From: Candidatus Rifleibacterium amylolyticum | GTDB taxonomy: Bacteria; Muiribacteriota; Ozemobacteria; Ozemobacterales; Ozemobacteraceae | Assembly: GCA_009917695.1 (NCBI GenBank) | Contig: JAACJG010000011.1 | Coordinates: forward strand, 28,997-92,996 | Length of the DNA: 64,000 bases | Reading direction: 5' to 3' | Shown: positions 48,370 through 58,877 of the stretch, piece after piece | Layout: every line of letters begins with the position of its first letter | Numbering within the stretch: the first letter of the stretch is position 1 | Notes under the pieces: generated by a model | Told to the model about the DNA's origin: nothing | Database searches by the model: none | The model's input: the letters and a program-made list of their open reading frames with translations, nothing else | Made by a program: the position numbers and the translations under genes

Positions 48370-50345
48370 TGGCCAGAACCTATAACCTGAATTCCGATTC
48401 CCGAAGCGAAAAGTCGTTCAAAATCGACTATGATTCATTGCTGAATCCGCAACAGTTAGAGGCGGTCACCCATTTCAGCGGCCCGGTTCTCTGTATCGCC
48501 GGGGCTGGCTCCGGGAAAACGCGGACGCTGATTTATCGAGTCGCCCGTATGCTAGAGAGTGGCATAGCGCCAGACAGCATTCTTCTGCTCACCTTCACAC
48601 GAAAAGCCGCCGCCAATATGCTCGAACGCGTGACCTCTCTGGTGGGATCAGCAGGAAAAGCAGTTGCAGGAGGCACATACCACAGTTTCGCCGCGAATGT
48701 ATTGCGCAAATATGGCCACCATATTGGCCTCAATCCAGGGTTTTCCATCATCGATGAAGGCGATTCCTCTGATATCATAAATTTTATCCGCACAGAAATG
48801 GGCTTTAACCGCAAAGAGTCACGCTTCCCTCAGAAAAAAACAGTGGCTCAGATGTTTTCGAAGGCCAATAACCTCGAAAAAAGCCTGCCAGATATCGTAA
48901 ACGAGTTATATCCGCAATTTGCCGAGCACGCAGAAGATATTGACAAGCTTCGCGAAGGATTCACCGCCTATAAGCAGAAAAACATGCTTCTCGACTATGA
49001 CGACCTGCTGATCTTTCTGCAACGCCTGCTGACAGACAGCGAGTCTGCCAGAATTCAGATTACGTCGAGATATCGTTATGTTATGGCTGATGAATACCAG
49101 GATACCAATGGCGTTCAGGCAAGAATCACCTTTTTGCTCGCCGGTGATAAGAAAAATGTCATGGTTGTTGGCGACGACGCACAGAGCATCTATTCATTTC
49201 GTGGAGCCAGAGTCAGTAACATACTCGAGTTTCCTGAGGTTTTTCCTGAATGCAGGGTGGTCAGGCTGGAAAGAAACTATCGCAGTACCCGGCAAATTCT
49301 CGATGCTGCCAACAGTCTTATGGAAAAAGCCGGTGAGGGTTTTAAAAAGAAGCTTTTTACCGAGAAAGAATCAGGCGAACCGCCAGCCTGCGTGCGTTGT
49401 GAAGATGAACAGGAACAGGCAATGTTCATTGCTGCCAGAGTGCTTGAACTGCGCGAACAGGGAATCCCACTCAAGAATATGGCAGTATTGTTCCGCTCGA
49501 GCTTTCATGCTTATCAGCTGGAACTTGAGCTGAAAAGACGTAACATACCCTATGTTAAATGGGGCGGGTTCAAATTTCTCGAAGCGGGACATCTTAAAGA
49601 CGTAATAGCTCATCTGCGGATTATCCAGAATCCATACGATCAGGTGTCCTGGCTGCGAGTCCTTCTCTTGATTGAAGGAATCGGTACGCACAGCGCCAGC
49701 GAAATATTTACCCATATCAGACAGGCTGAAAATCCTTATGATTTATCTCAGGTAAAAGCCAGGACTAAGGCGCGCAGCGGTCTGCTTAAGCTTGGCCAGA
49801 TGCTGACGTCTGCTTCAACTCTGGTAAACTCAACCCCTGCCCGATTGCTTGAAATTGTATCTGACTACTACTTTCCCATTCTCAAGGAGAGATTCGACGA
49901 TTATCCACGACGCTTCAAAGATATCGACCAGCTCACGATAATCGCCGGCAGGTTTGCGACATTGAGCGACTTTCTTACCGATCTCGCGCTCGAACCACCC
50001 AAAGATTCAGTTGACGAAGCTCTCGCCTCAGATCAAGATGATGACGAAAACCTGATTCTCTCGACAATACACTCAGCCAAGGGGCTTGAATGGCATTCTG
50101 TATTCGTAATTCACGCTCTTGAAGGTCGCTTTCCATCGTTCAGTTCACTCAAGTCTGAATCAGACCTTGAAGAAGAGCGGCGTCTGATGTATGTCGCCAT
50201 AACTCGGGCTGAAGAAAATCTGGCATTAACCTACCCCTCTCAAATCTGGGATCCAGCTACCGGAACCCTTCTTGCCAGAAAATCCCGCTTTATCGAGGAA
50301 ATCTCTCCGCAACTTCTGGAGAACTGGCAGATTTCCCGCAGCTAA
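48369..50345 (+). CDS. UvrD/PcrA/Rep-family ATP-dependent DNA helicase
   Basis: Walker A AGAGSGKT, motif II DEYQDTN, helicase motifs VGDDAQSIY, YRST; start overlaps cutA stop. Confidence 0.8.
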   Translation: MARTYNLNSDSRSEKSFKIDYDSLLNPQQLEAVTHFSGPVLCIAGAGSGKTRTLIYRVARMLESGIAPDSILLLTFTRKAAANMLERVTSLVGSAGKAVAGGTYHSFAANVLRKYGHHIGLNPGFSIIDEGDSSDIINFIRTEMGFNRKESRFPQKKTVAQMFSKANNLEKSLPDIVNELYPQFAEHAEDIDKLREGFTAYKQKNMLLDYDDLLIFLQRLLTDSESARIQITSRYRYVMADEYQDTNGVQARITFLLAGDKKNVMVVGDDAQSIYSFRGARVSNILEFPEVFPECRVVRLERNYRSTRQILDAANSLMEKAGEGFKKKLFTEKESGEPPACVRCEDEQEQAMFIAARVLELREQGIPLKNMAVLFRSSFHAYQLELELKRRNIPYVKWGGFKFLEAGHLKDVIAHLRIIQNPYDQVSWLRVLLLIEGIGTHSASEIFTHIRQAENPYDLSQVKARTKARSGLLKLGQMLTSASTLVNSTPARLLEIVSDYYFPILKERFDDYPRRFKDIDQLTIIAGRFATLSDFLTDLALEPPKDSVDEALASDQDDDENLILSTIHSAKGLEWHSVFVIHALEGRFPSFSSLKSESDLEEERRLMYVAITRAEENLALTYPSQIWDPATGTLLARKSRFIEEISPQLLENWQISRS

Positions 50346-50407
50346 TCACTGACAATAACGGTTTGCTGACTATTCCCCGACAAAACCGTTTAATAGTGCC
50401 CGGACGC

Positions 50408-50436
50408 TTGACAGCGGCTTGTTGTCTCTGATAAGG
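50408..50436 (+). promoter_or_regulatory. sigma70-like promoter (TTGACA -17- ATAAGG)
   Basis: perfect -35 TTGACA at 50408-50413; weak -10. Confidence 0.4.
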
Positions 50437-50471
50437 TCTTAACTCATATAGTTTGAACCGGAGTTTTTCAA

Positions 50472-52553
50472 GTGGTCAGAAATCTCAGCATTGTGGCTGT
50501 AGTATTAATAGGTCTTCTATCCGGACTGCTGATAAAAGATTACATGAGTTTGCCCAGTCGTAATCTCGTTATCTTTTACACATCTAACCTGCGCGGACAA
50601 ATCAAGCCGTTTTCAGGGCCCATTCAGGATCAACAATATCAGCAGATTGGCGGTCTTGCCTTCATAAAAGGTTTTATCGCGGAGACCTCAAAAGTCTTCA
50701 ATTTCAAACCCGATGAAGTGCTGCTTCTCGACACCGGCGACGCACTTTTTGGCACCGCCGAGGCTTCTTTAACCATGGGTGATGTTCCTTTGCGGCTCAT
50801 GGGCAAAGCTGGCTACGACGCGATGACTATCGGTAATCTTGAATTCGAGTTTGGTTTCGATAGACTTAAAAGCTTTATCAGTGCAGGACATGTTCCCATG
50901 CTGTCGTGCAATTACCGTGATGTAACCGCGCCAGTCGGAGATACTTTCAAACCCGGCCTGATCATCGAAAAAGGCGGAATCAAGGTCGGTATCATAGGCC
51001 TTGGACACGGAGAACTTGCTCGCAACACACGCCAGGATAACATCGTAAGTCTTGAGATCACTGATTTCAAGGCTTCGGTGCAGAAGACGTCAGCTCAGCT
51101 CAAGGAATCGGGCGCAGAAATCATCGTGCTTCTTTCCCATCACCCTGCCGTCGGCAATCTTGATAATCCTGGCGAAGTATTTCCTGATGTAGACATTATT
51201 ATCGGTGACCTTATCGGGCCAGGTGCTGTAATCAGCGGGCGCCCGCTGGTTTGCCAGACAGCTCCCGGACGTGGCGGCGGCATTGGCATGGTAAAGGTCT
51301 CATACGTTTCCGGCAAATGGGATATTGCCCGCGGGTTTCAACGTATTTTTACGGTAGATGCCGAGAAGATTACGCCTGACGCCGAGCTCGCTGCTGAGAT
51401 CAGTCGAATAGAAGCTAAAATAGATGGACTGCTCGACGAAGTGATCACTAAAAGCAGCGGTGTATTCACAAATTCATATTCTGAAGAGTCAACGGTTGGA
51501 AAACTGATTGCTGATTGTATGAAAGAAACTGCCGGTACCCAGATTGCGTTGACCAACTCTGGCGGAATTAAGGCAGCTATCGGTGAAGGTCCGGTTACTT
51601 TGCGGCATCTCTATGACATTCTGCCTTTCGAGAACACTCTGGTGTCTATGGAGCTCGCCGGCTGGGAGATCGAAAATCTCATAGAGGAAGGTTTATCGGG
51701 AAAGACCGGCTTCTTACAGTCATCGGGTCTTAACTGTACCTATTCGAGCTCCAATCCGCCAGGATTCAGACTTATTCAGATCGATATCGGCGACGAACCC
51801 CTTGAATTCAACCGTATTTACAGTGTTGCTGTCAATGATTTCATGTATAACAACCGTCACGACTGGCCAGAATTAAGTCTGGGCAAGAATCCACAGGTGC
51901 GCGGCCTGGTTCGTGAAGGCATCGAAGCGATTTTGCGCAAAACCCAGAAGGTTGAACCCGACGAAAAGCCAAGATTCATCGACGCAACCGGCATCGATGA
52001 AACATTGCGAATACAGGCTCTGGCCTACGAACTGGCAAGTCTGCCGAAGCCAATCGAACATGATGGCACCAGCAATTCAGAATACTCTCGTCTGCTGGCC
52101 GAGATAATTCGTCTTGAAACCGGAGCTGACTTTGCCTTCATTCCGGCCAGTCTGGTGTTGCGAACCCGAGAACCGCTGACAAACATCACCCCGGCAAGAA
52201 TAGTGTCGGATTTTTCAACATCAGAAGGCGTAAAAACCGCTGAGATATCAGGGGCAACCCTTGAAAAGCTCGTTAATGCTGCAGTTGGAAGCGATAGTGC
52301 TATGGCCTTTTCGGGTTTCTCTGTAGAAATGCTTGAAAATAAAAATATCAAAATTGTCCCATGGGGAAGCAATTTCGCTGCTGAGAATATCTATAAAATT
52401 GCAGTTAACGAAAATTTTGCCGACCGTGTCGAAGGTTTTTACGATATCAGCGATATTGAGAAAGTAAAAGTATTCAATGACATCCGCCGCGTTTTCATTA
52501 ACGGCCTGAGATCGAGAAACGGGCAGGTAGAGCTTAATCGTGCGTTTTATTGA
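50472..52553 (+). CDS. bifunctional metallophosphatase/5'-nucleotidase family protein (periplasmic, signal-anchored)
   Basis: GTG start; N-terminal calcineurin-like phosphoesterase motifs (DTGDALFGT, GNLEFEFG, GHGEL) and 5'-nucleotidase C-terminal substrate-binding domain with extra C-terminal region. Confidence 0.7.
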   Translation: MVRNLSIVAVVLIGLLSGLLIKDYMSLPSRNLVIFYTSNLRGQIKPFSGPIQDQQYQQIGGLAFIKGFIAETSKVFNFKPDEVLLLDTGDALFGTAEASLTMGDVPLRLMGKAGYDAMTIGNLEFEFGFDRLKSFISAGHVPMLSCNYRDVTAPVGDTFKPGLIIEKGGIKVGIIGLGHGELARNTRQDNIVSLEITDFKASVQKTSAQLKESGAEIIVLLSHHPAVGNLDNPGEVFPDVDIIIGDLIGPGAVISGRPLVCQTAPGRGGGIGMVKVSYVSGKWDIARGFQRIFTVDAEKITPDAELAAEISRIEAKIDGLLDEVITKSSGVFTNSYSEESTVGKLIADCMKETAGTQIALTNSGGIKAAIGEGPVTLRHLYDILPFENTLVSMELAGWEIENLIEEGLSGKTGFLQSSGLNCTYSSSNPPGFRLIQIDIGDEPLEFNRIYSVAVNDFMYNNRHDWPELSLGKNPQVRGLVREGIEAILRKTQKVEPDEKPRFIDATGIDETLRIQALAYELASLPKPIEHDGTSNSEYSRLLAEIIRLETGADFAFIPASLVLRTREPLTNITPARIVSDFSTSEGVKTAEISGATLEKLVNAAVGSDSAMAFSGFSVEMLENKNIKIVPWGSNFAAENIYKIAVNENFADRVEGFYDISDIEKVKVFNDIRRVFINGLRSRNGQVELNRAFY

Positions 52554-54606
52554 ATTCATCCTGAGCTTAAGGCTTAAATTCAAGATACTTATGCTTTTTG
52601 GCCTGATACTTGTTCTGCCACTGGCAGTACTTATGGGCATTACTCTCGAACGTACTTCGCGTATGGCAAGCCAGGATTTTAATCGCAATCTCGGTTATGC
52701 TGCCAGCCTGTTCCGTGAAAGCCTCGAAGATCAGCTTGATTCACTCAAAATTCGCGCAAAAACGGTAGCCGATTTTGATTTTTACACCCTGGCCGGCATG
52801 GGTTTTTCTGCCGAAACCACCGTGCCTCTTATGCAGTATGAGCTTATCCGATCCGGACTCGACTACATAGCAATCATTAAAAACCGTAGTGAAATCATAC
52901 TTGAGCAAGGCACGCCACCCAGTGAATCTCTTGCCAGAATAATTCCTGCCATGTGTCATTCTCAGTTGAACGTTAATCTGTATGTAATTGGCGATGAACC
53001 GTGGATATTCGCTTCGGCAATGATAACCAAACTTAAAACCGAATTTCCGCAGCATGTAATTTTTGCTCAGCGCATTCCACGCGATTTCGCCGACAAGCTC
53101 AAACGACTTACCGGTGCAGAGTTTTCTCTGATATATGCAGGAAACCGTATTCTCACCAGCCAGATGGATGTTTACGGCAAACGCAAATCAGGCCGACTGA
53201 TGGAAAACCCCGACACAGCGAACGGTCAGACCGAAATTCTCGGACGTTCCCATTTCTTTGTTCGTGAAGAAGCTCTCAAAGGTAGAATTTCTGAGACTAT
53301 CAGACTGGAAATAGCGCTGCCTGATTCTGAATACAATATTCTTGGCCGCACCATGCGGCGTGACTTCATTGTTTTTGGACTGCTGGGTCTTGTTCTGGCT
53401 TTGATTACAGGTTATGTTCTGTCATGGCACATTGCCGGGCCGATAAATCGACTGGCTGAGAGCACTTCACTGGTTGCGCGCGGAGAGACCGGTATTCTTC
53501 CCGAGATATCAAGACACGACGAAATCGGTGATCTTACCAGCAATTTTCGCGAAATGGTCATCAGCATCAGCACTGAAAAGGAACTCAAGGAGCAACGTGT
53601 CCGCGAACTGAATACCCTTTTTGAGATCAGCAATGCCGTAAATCTGTTTACCGACTCTGAAGAACTGCTGAAGTTCGTTTTGACACATGCCATTGATGCG
53701 CTTGAAGCAGAGCGCGGTTCAATCATGCTGCTCGATGACAGTACCGACGAGCTGGTGGTTAAGGTCGCTACTGGTGGCCGCTACCGGGTGTTCGCGAGTA
53801 ACCCGGTAAAACTTGGCAATGGCATCTGCGGCCAGGTTGCCAGAAATGGCAGCGGAATTATCTGCAATGAAGGTTTTAAAGATCCCCGTTTCAGAAACTT
53901 TGGTGGTCTGATGCCGGTTGAAGATATCAGAAGTCTGATCTGTTCGCCGCTGAAGTTCAAAGATGGCATAATCGGTGTTATAAATATAGTTAACAAGCGT
54001 AATGGCGGCCAGTTCAAAGATAGCGACCTGTCTCTGCTCAATCTTATAGCTTCACAGGCAGCGGTCACGATCGAGAATAATAAACTCTATGAGTTGTCTA
54101 TCACCGATGGCATGACAAGACTTTTCGTTCATCGCTATTTTCAGGCCAGGCTTAACGAAGAACTTCTGAGGGCACGCCGCTATGGACTGACCATGAGTCT
54201 GATAATGATGGATATAGATAATTTCAAAAAATTCAACGATACCTTTGGTCATCAGGTTGGTGACCAGGTGATCCAGAAAGTGGCGCAGACGATCAGAGAT
54301 ACAGTTCGCACTGGAATAGATGTGCCCTGCCGCTATGGCGGCGAAGAAATGTCGGTTATTTTGCCGGAAACTCGTGCTGAAGAGGCTTTTCAGACGGCCG
54401 AACGCCTGCGCGAAAACATCGCGTCAGTTTCGATCCCTCACAGCAGCGGTGATCTGCACATTACTGTCAGTATCGGTGTGGCGTCCTATCCTGTGCACGC
54501 CCATGATCGTGAAAGTCTGATCAAAGTCGCCGACAAGGCTCTTTATACAAGTAAAGGCGAAGGTAAGAACAGATCCACCCTCGCACCTGAAACCAGTCTG
54601 GTATGA
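52540..54606 (+). CDS. membrane sensor HAMP-GAF-GGDEF diguanylate cyclase (active-site variant GGEEM)
   Basis: 2 TM with periplasmic region, HAMP, GAF, GGDEF domain with RYGGEEM; GTG start overlapping upstream gene by 14 nt (alternative ATG at 52591). Confidence 0.75.
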   Translation: MRFIEFILSLRLKFKILMLFGLILVLPLAVLMGITLERTSRMASQDFNRNLGYAASLFRESLEDQLDSLKIRAKTVADFDFYTLAGMGFSAETTVPLMQYELIRSGLDYIAIIKNRSEIILEQGTPPSESLARIIPAMCHSQLNVNLYVIGDEPWIFASAMITKLKTEFPQHVIFAQRIPRDFADKLKRLTGAEFSLIYAGNRILTSQMDVYGKRKSGRLMENPDTANGQTEILGRSHFFVREEALKGRISETIRLEIALPDSEYNILGRTMRRDFIVFGLLGLVLALITGYVLSWHIAGPINRLAESTSLVARGETGILPEISRHDEIGDLTSNFREMVISISTEKELKEQRVRELNTLFEISNAVNLFTDSEELLKFVLTHAIDALEAERGSIMLLDDSTDELVVKVATGGRYRVFASNPVKLGNGICGQVARNGSGIICNEGFKDPRFRNFGGLMPVEDIRSLICSPLKFKDGIIGVINIVNKRNGGQFKDSDLSLLNLIASQAAVTIENNKLYELSITDGMTRLFVHRYFQARLNEELLRARRYGLTMSLIMMDIDNFKKFNDTFGHQVGDQVIQKVAQTIRDTVRTGIDVPCRYGGEEMSVILPETRAEEAFQTAERLRENIASVSIPHSSGDLHITVSIGVASYPVHAHDRESLIKVADKALYTSKGEGKNRSTLAPETSLV

Positions 54607-55496
54607 ACATAAACCTGGCCTGCGTTCTAGTTGCGATGTGCGGAATACTTCGCAGCACCGACCTTTATTTTCGCAACCCGGTAATTGCCACTCTGCCAGT
54701 TGTCGTTCTCATATCATGGGAACATCTTATCAATCTGGCTCTGATTTCGCCGGTTTTCTGGATAAAACGCGCTCAGTTTCGGCTTATTGCCTTACGGGAC
54801 CTGTTTTATTTTGTTATGGTTGGTTGTGGCGCCTCGGCAATGGGGGTGTTGTGCTTCACTGAGGCTTTTCATTATATAAACCCAGCTCTGGCGGTTTTGA
54901 TGCAGAAACTCCAGCCGGTAATGACCATAACTCTTGGCGTAATTTTACTGCGTGAAAGGGTAAGTCGATCCTTCTTCGGCTGGGCAGCTCTGGCGATAAT
55001 ATGTTCATATTTTGTCTCTTTTGGATTGACTGATCCATTCACCGGAGAATGGAAAAAAATAGCGACCGGTGCTGGTCTCGCCGCTGCTGCTGCATTTTTT
55101 TGGGGCAGTGGAACGATCTGGGGCAAACTTCTTCTGAATAAGTATGATCAGAGTTTCGTTCTTGCCAGTCGTTTTTTACTCGGCTCTCTTTTTTCTGTTT
55201 CACTGGCTCTGATTTTGCATGGGGGCCTGAAGTCTGAGCAGATTCTGCCAGAGGGCCTTTTTAAAAGCATTTTTTACATGGCTGCCATTTCGGGAATTCT
55301 TGCAACCAGCTTTTTTTATGCCGGCCTGAAGTGGGTGAAAGCTTCGCTGGCTTCGATTCTGGAACTGTTTTTCCCAGTTTCGTCGGTGCTGATAATGTGG
55401 CTGAGTTTCAACCGGCCGATCACAGCCGTTCAGATAGCAGCAGCACTGCTGATGTTTTTTGCGGTTTATCGGGTAAATCGGCTGACTGATGCCTGA
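54603..55496 (+). CDS. EamA/DMT-family transporter
   Basis: 10 TM, duplicated EamA-like halves; 4-nt overlap with upstream gene. Confidence 0.75.
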   Translation: MNINLACVLVAMCGILRSTDLYFRNPVIATLPVVVLISWEHLINLALISPVFWIKRAQFRLIALRDLFYFVMVGCGASAMGVLCFTEAFHYINPALAVLMQKLQPVMTITLGVILLRERVSRSFFGWAALAIICSYFVSFGLTDPFTGEWKKIATGAGLAAAAAFFWGSGTIWGKLLLNKYDQSFVLASRFLLGSLFSVSLALILHGGLKSEQILPEGLFKSIFYMAAISGILATSFFYAGLKWVKASLASILELFFPVSSVLIMWLSFNRPITAVQIAAALLMFFAVYRVNRLTDA

Positions 55497-55520
55497 CAGA
55501 TGCGGTCAGGAATATTGCTG

Positions 55521-55877
55521 TTATTTTTCGCCGTCGGCTTTCAGCAGCATCTGATAAATCTGGTATTTTTTCTGGTAGAGGGCCAGCGCCTGTAACGTTT
55601 CGATGGTCTGAGGACCGCTTTCGCGCAGTAACCTGACATAGTCATTGTAGGCGTCGAGATACTCTTTCTGTGCATATTCGAGCGGTGATATTTTGAGGGT
55701 TTTTGCCGGTCTGACACCCGTTTCAACAGTGCTCGACTGCACTGGATCTGGCGACAGAACCTGCGGGCCGGTGCCTGTGGGTTGAGCGGGTATATCGGGA
55801 TTCTGACCACAGCCACTTAACCAGATGGCAGTAGTAAGAAGCAGAGACAGGCAATATTTGGCAGCCAGTTTATTCAT
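55521..55877 (-). CDS. lipoprotein, hypothetical
   Basis: start MNKLAAKYCLSLLLTTAIWLSGC (lipobox); ORF track extends upstream to 56063 but the signal peptide indicates 55877. Confidence 0.5.
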   Translation of the reverse strand: MNKLAAKYCLSLLLTTAIWLSGCGQNPDIPAQPTGTGPQVLSPDPVQSSTVETGVRPAKTLKISPLEYAQKEYLDAYNDYVRLLRESGPQTIETLQALALYQKKYQIYQMLLKADGEK

Positions 55878-55965
55878 AGCTACTTGATTATAGGTACAAA
55901 GTGCCGCTCTGTCAAGAGAACGGCAACGCTGAATTCCCGCTCCCGACAGCCATTCAAAAAAATAG

Positions 55966-55994
55966 TTGAATCTATTATACAAAGGTTGTATAAT
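55966..55994 (+). promoter_or_regulatory. strong sigma70 promoter (TTGAAT -17- TATAAT, extended -10 TG)
   Basis: -35 at 55966-55971, -10 TATAAT at 55989-55994 preceded by TTG; ~100-nt leader before the amidohydrolase ATG. Confidence 0.6.
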
Positions 55995-56092
55995 AGCTCG
56001 ATTTAAGAGGAGTCGGAGAGCCGGAAGCACATCTTTAATACAGCATGGCACCGCGAAAAGCAATCTTGTTAGGCCCAGGAAAGGGGAGCTTC

Positions 56093-57271
56093 ATGAAAAC
56101 CATTCTCGAAAAAGGCATCATATTTTACCAGGGAAAATTTCAGGAGTTGGATAAACTGGTCATAGAAAAAGGCAAGATCACCGAAGTAGTTCTTGCTTCA
56201 GCCAAAGCCAAAAAGGGCAAGCCGGCACCTGCTCCCAAGAAGAAATCTGAAACCAGCGCAAACGTTATCAACTGTAGCGATCGCTATATTCTTCCGGGTT
56301 TCATCGATGCGCACACGCATATCAGCCTCGAAGAAGAAGGCGTAGGCTATTACGATGCCGATTATAACGAATCTTTTGGTCTTGCTACTCCTCAGGTCAG
56401 AGCTTTTGATGCTCTCAAAATGCGCGACAAAGCTTTTAATGACGCATTACATGGCGGCGTAACCACTGCCATGATCACTCCAGGTTCGGCAAATCCCATT
56501 GGCGGCCAGTGCTGCATCGTAAAAATGGTGGGTAATGTTGCCGAAGCGGCCGTTGTAAAAGAAAGCTCCGGGATGAAGTTTGCATTTGGCGAAAATCCGA
56601 AGCGGGTTTACGGCGAACAGAAGAAATTCCCCAGCACTCGTATGGGTACTGCTGCTGTAATTCGCGAATGGCTTATGAAAGCCCAGGATTACCTCAAGCG
56701 CAAAAAAACCAAAGAATTCAAAGAACGCGAAATCAAGCTCGAAGCCATGCTGCCTCTTATCGAAGGTAAAATTCAGGCGCGTGCACATGCACACATGGCT
56801 GACGACATAATTACCGCCTACCGCATTGCTCAGGAATTCAACCTCGACATGGTATTCGATCACTGCACCGAAGGCCATCTGATTGCCAAAGAACTCGGTA
56901 AGTGGAAAGCACGCGCCGTAGTTGGCCCGACTTTTTCTAGCCGCTGCAAGCCAGAGTTGCGCAATAAAACCTTTGAAACCGTAGAAATACTTATGGATGA
57001 AGGCTGTGTGGTAGCACTCACCACCGATCATCCGGTAATTCCGATCGAAGGCCTCAGCGTTGCAGCCGCCATGTGTGTCAGACACGGCCTCGACGAAGAG
57101 CGTGCCATCAAGGCGATAACCGAGAATCCGGCCATAATCCTCGGCCTGGATAAGAGGCTTGGTAAACTTGAAGTAGGCTATGACGCTGACGTAGTCGTCT
57201 GGGACGGCCACCCCCTCGATGTTCGCTCAAAAACTGAAGCGGTTTTCGTCGATGGCAACAAGGTAATCTGA
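56093..57271 (+). CDS. amidohydrolase-family metal-dependent hydrolase
   Basis: AAGGGGAG RBS before ATG 56093 (ORF track starts upstream at 56045); PGFIDAHTH motif, C-terminal DADVVVWDG. Confidence 0.8.
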   Translation: MKTILEKGIIFYQGKFQELDKLVIEKGKITEVVLASAKAKKGKPAPAPKKKSETSANVINCSDRYILPGFIDAHTHISLEEEGVGYYDADYNESFGLATPQVRAFDALKMRDKAFNDALHGGVTTAMITPGSANPIGGQCCIVKMVGNVAEAAVVKESSGMKFAFGENPKRVYGEQKKFPSTRMGTAAVIREWLMKAQDYLKRKKTKEFKEREIKLEAMLPLIEGKIQARAHAHMADDIITAYRIAQEFNLDMVFDHCTEGHLIAKELGKWKARAVVGPTFSSRCKPELRNKTFETVEILMDEGCVVALTTDHPVIPIEGLSVAAAMCVRHGLDEERAIKAITENPAIILGLDKRLGKLEVGYDADVVVWDGHPLDVRSKTEAVFVDGNKVI

Positions 57272-57318
57272 AATAACCGAGCCTTCTCGCTCTTTTTAAA
57301 CTGAAAAAGAGGCTTTAA

Positions 57319-58482
57319 ATGTCAATAATATTCAATAACGTTCGCATACCGATGAGCGGTACATTTTTTCCCGGCCAGAAAGTTCTGGTCGAAAAGGGAA
57401 AAGTGGCTTCCGTGGGTTCGATGATTCGCAAGAACGTTGAAAAGGTTATCGAATGTGAGCAGAAGTATCTGATTCCAGGTCTTATCGATGCTCACAGTCA
57501 TCTTGGACTTTTTGAAAGCACAGTGCCCGTCGATGATATCAATGAGCCTTATGCTGATATAACCCCGCATCTGCGACCGCTTGACGGCGTCAAAATGCGT
57601 GACCGGGCCATGGAAGACGCAAGAAGAGCCGGGATATCGACCTGTATGGTCTGCCCCGGATCAGAACGCCCCATATCCGGACTCTGCTCGATCTTAAAAA
57701 CGAACGGTAATTCTGCCGACGTTGGTCTTATCGTTGAGCAGGCCGGAGTTCTCATGTCTTTTGGCGAACAGGTAAAGGCTACTGCCAAAAAGAGCGAAAA
57801 GTCCTACGTTACGAGAATGGGTGTATCAGCTCTGATCAGAGAAACCCTGATGAAAGCCCAGGATTATTATTCGCTCAAACAGAGCAAGAAAATGGTCAAG
57901 GATCGCGAGATCGACATGGAAGCTCTGATTCCTCTGATCAAGGGTGAAGTGCCAATGCGGGCTTGTGCACACCGCGCTGAAGATATCATGGCTGCGGTCA
58001 GAATCGCCGAAGAATTCAAGCTCAAACTGGTTATCGAGTATGGAACCGAGGCTCACCTGCTGGCATCTCTGCTGGCCGAGAAGAAGATTCCTGTCGTTCT
58101 TGGTCCGACACTGGTACCCCGATTCAGATATGAGCTCAACGAAAAAACCTTTGAGAGCGCCAAAATTCTTATGGATGCCGGCGTCGAAGTCGCATTTACC
58201 TGTGACTACCCCGGACTCCCGATAGAAACCCTGCGTGTTGCCGCTGCCATGGCCATTCAATATGGTCTCGAGGAAAAGCGCGCGCTCGCCGCCATAACTG
58301 AAGTGCCGGCCAGCATTCTGGGTGTAGACGCAAGACTGGGCAAAATCAAAAAGGGTATGGATGGCGATCTGGCACTGTTCTCGGGTCATCCTCTCGACAT
58401 CAGATCTCGTCTTGAAGCGCTGGTTGTCGATGGCGACCTTTTCGTTTTTTCAAACGACCTCAAAATAGAATCCGGCAATTAA
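57319..58482 (+). CDS. amidohydrolase-family metal-dependent hydrolase (tandem paralog)
   Basis: PGLIDAHSH motif; same architecture as the upstream gene. Confidence 0.8.
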   Translation: MSIIFNNVRIPMSGTFFPGQKVLVEKGKVASVGSMIRKNVEKVIECEQKYLIPGLIDAHSHLGLFESTVPVDDINEPYADITPHLRPLDGVKMRDRAMEDARRAGISTCMVCPGSERPISGLCSILKTNGNSADVGLIVEQAGVLMSFGEQVKATAKKSEKSYVTRMGVSALIRETLMKAQDYYSLKQSKKMVKDREIDMEALIPLIKGEVPMRACAHRAEDIMAAVRIAEEFKLKLVIEYGTEAHLLASLLAEKKIPVVLGPTLVPRFRYELNEKTFESAKILMDAGVEVAFTCDYPGLPIETLRVAAAMAIQYGLEEKRALAAITEVPASILGVDARLGKIKKGMDGDLALFSGHPLDIRSRLEALVVDGDLFVFSNDLKIESGN

Positions 58483-58500
58483 TAAAGGCAATTAATCAGC

Positions 58501-58537
58501 AACGCCTCATCGTCATAGATGAGGCGTTGTTGTCATT
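58501..58537 (+). terminator. rho-independent terminator
   Basis: AACGCCTCATC-gtcata-GATGAGGCGTT 11-bp perfect stem then GTTGTCATT. Confidence 0.7.
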
Positions 58538-58877
58538 ATCAGACTTGAGCAATCAACTCTTCGCCAGAACGAACTTTATACGAACCGGCAGAATTTTGCC
58601 CTGAGTTCTGATGTGGGCTCCGCTCGCAAAAATTATGCGGCGGGTTCTTGAGGTTTTGCGCAGATTCAAAGACCAGCGCTTGTTGTTGTTGCAAATACGG
58701 GCGTTTTCCGGGCGAGTGCGCGAAAAAATCCGCTTCATATTTTTGGGATCAAGAAAATTGAATTTTACTTTCTTCATGCTTCAGTTTTAACATAAATCAA
58801 TAATCAATTCAACTCTGATTTGCCGGCTGAGCGCCGATATGTTATGCTTGGCCGACAAAAACAAAAAGGTGAAAAAA

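Noticed and set aside
58553-58777. 74-aa highly basic ORF on the minus strand (possible small ribosomal-like protein)
   Set aside because: No convincing RBS or promoter and no match to the L28/L31/L32/L33/L35/S21 sequences I could recall. It sits in the 5' region of the cN-II gene and may be spurious
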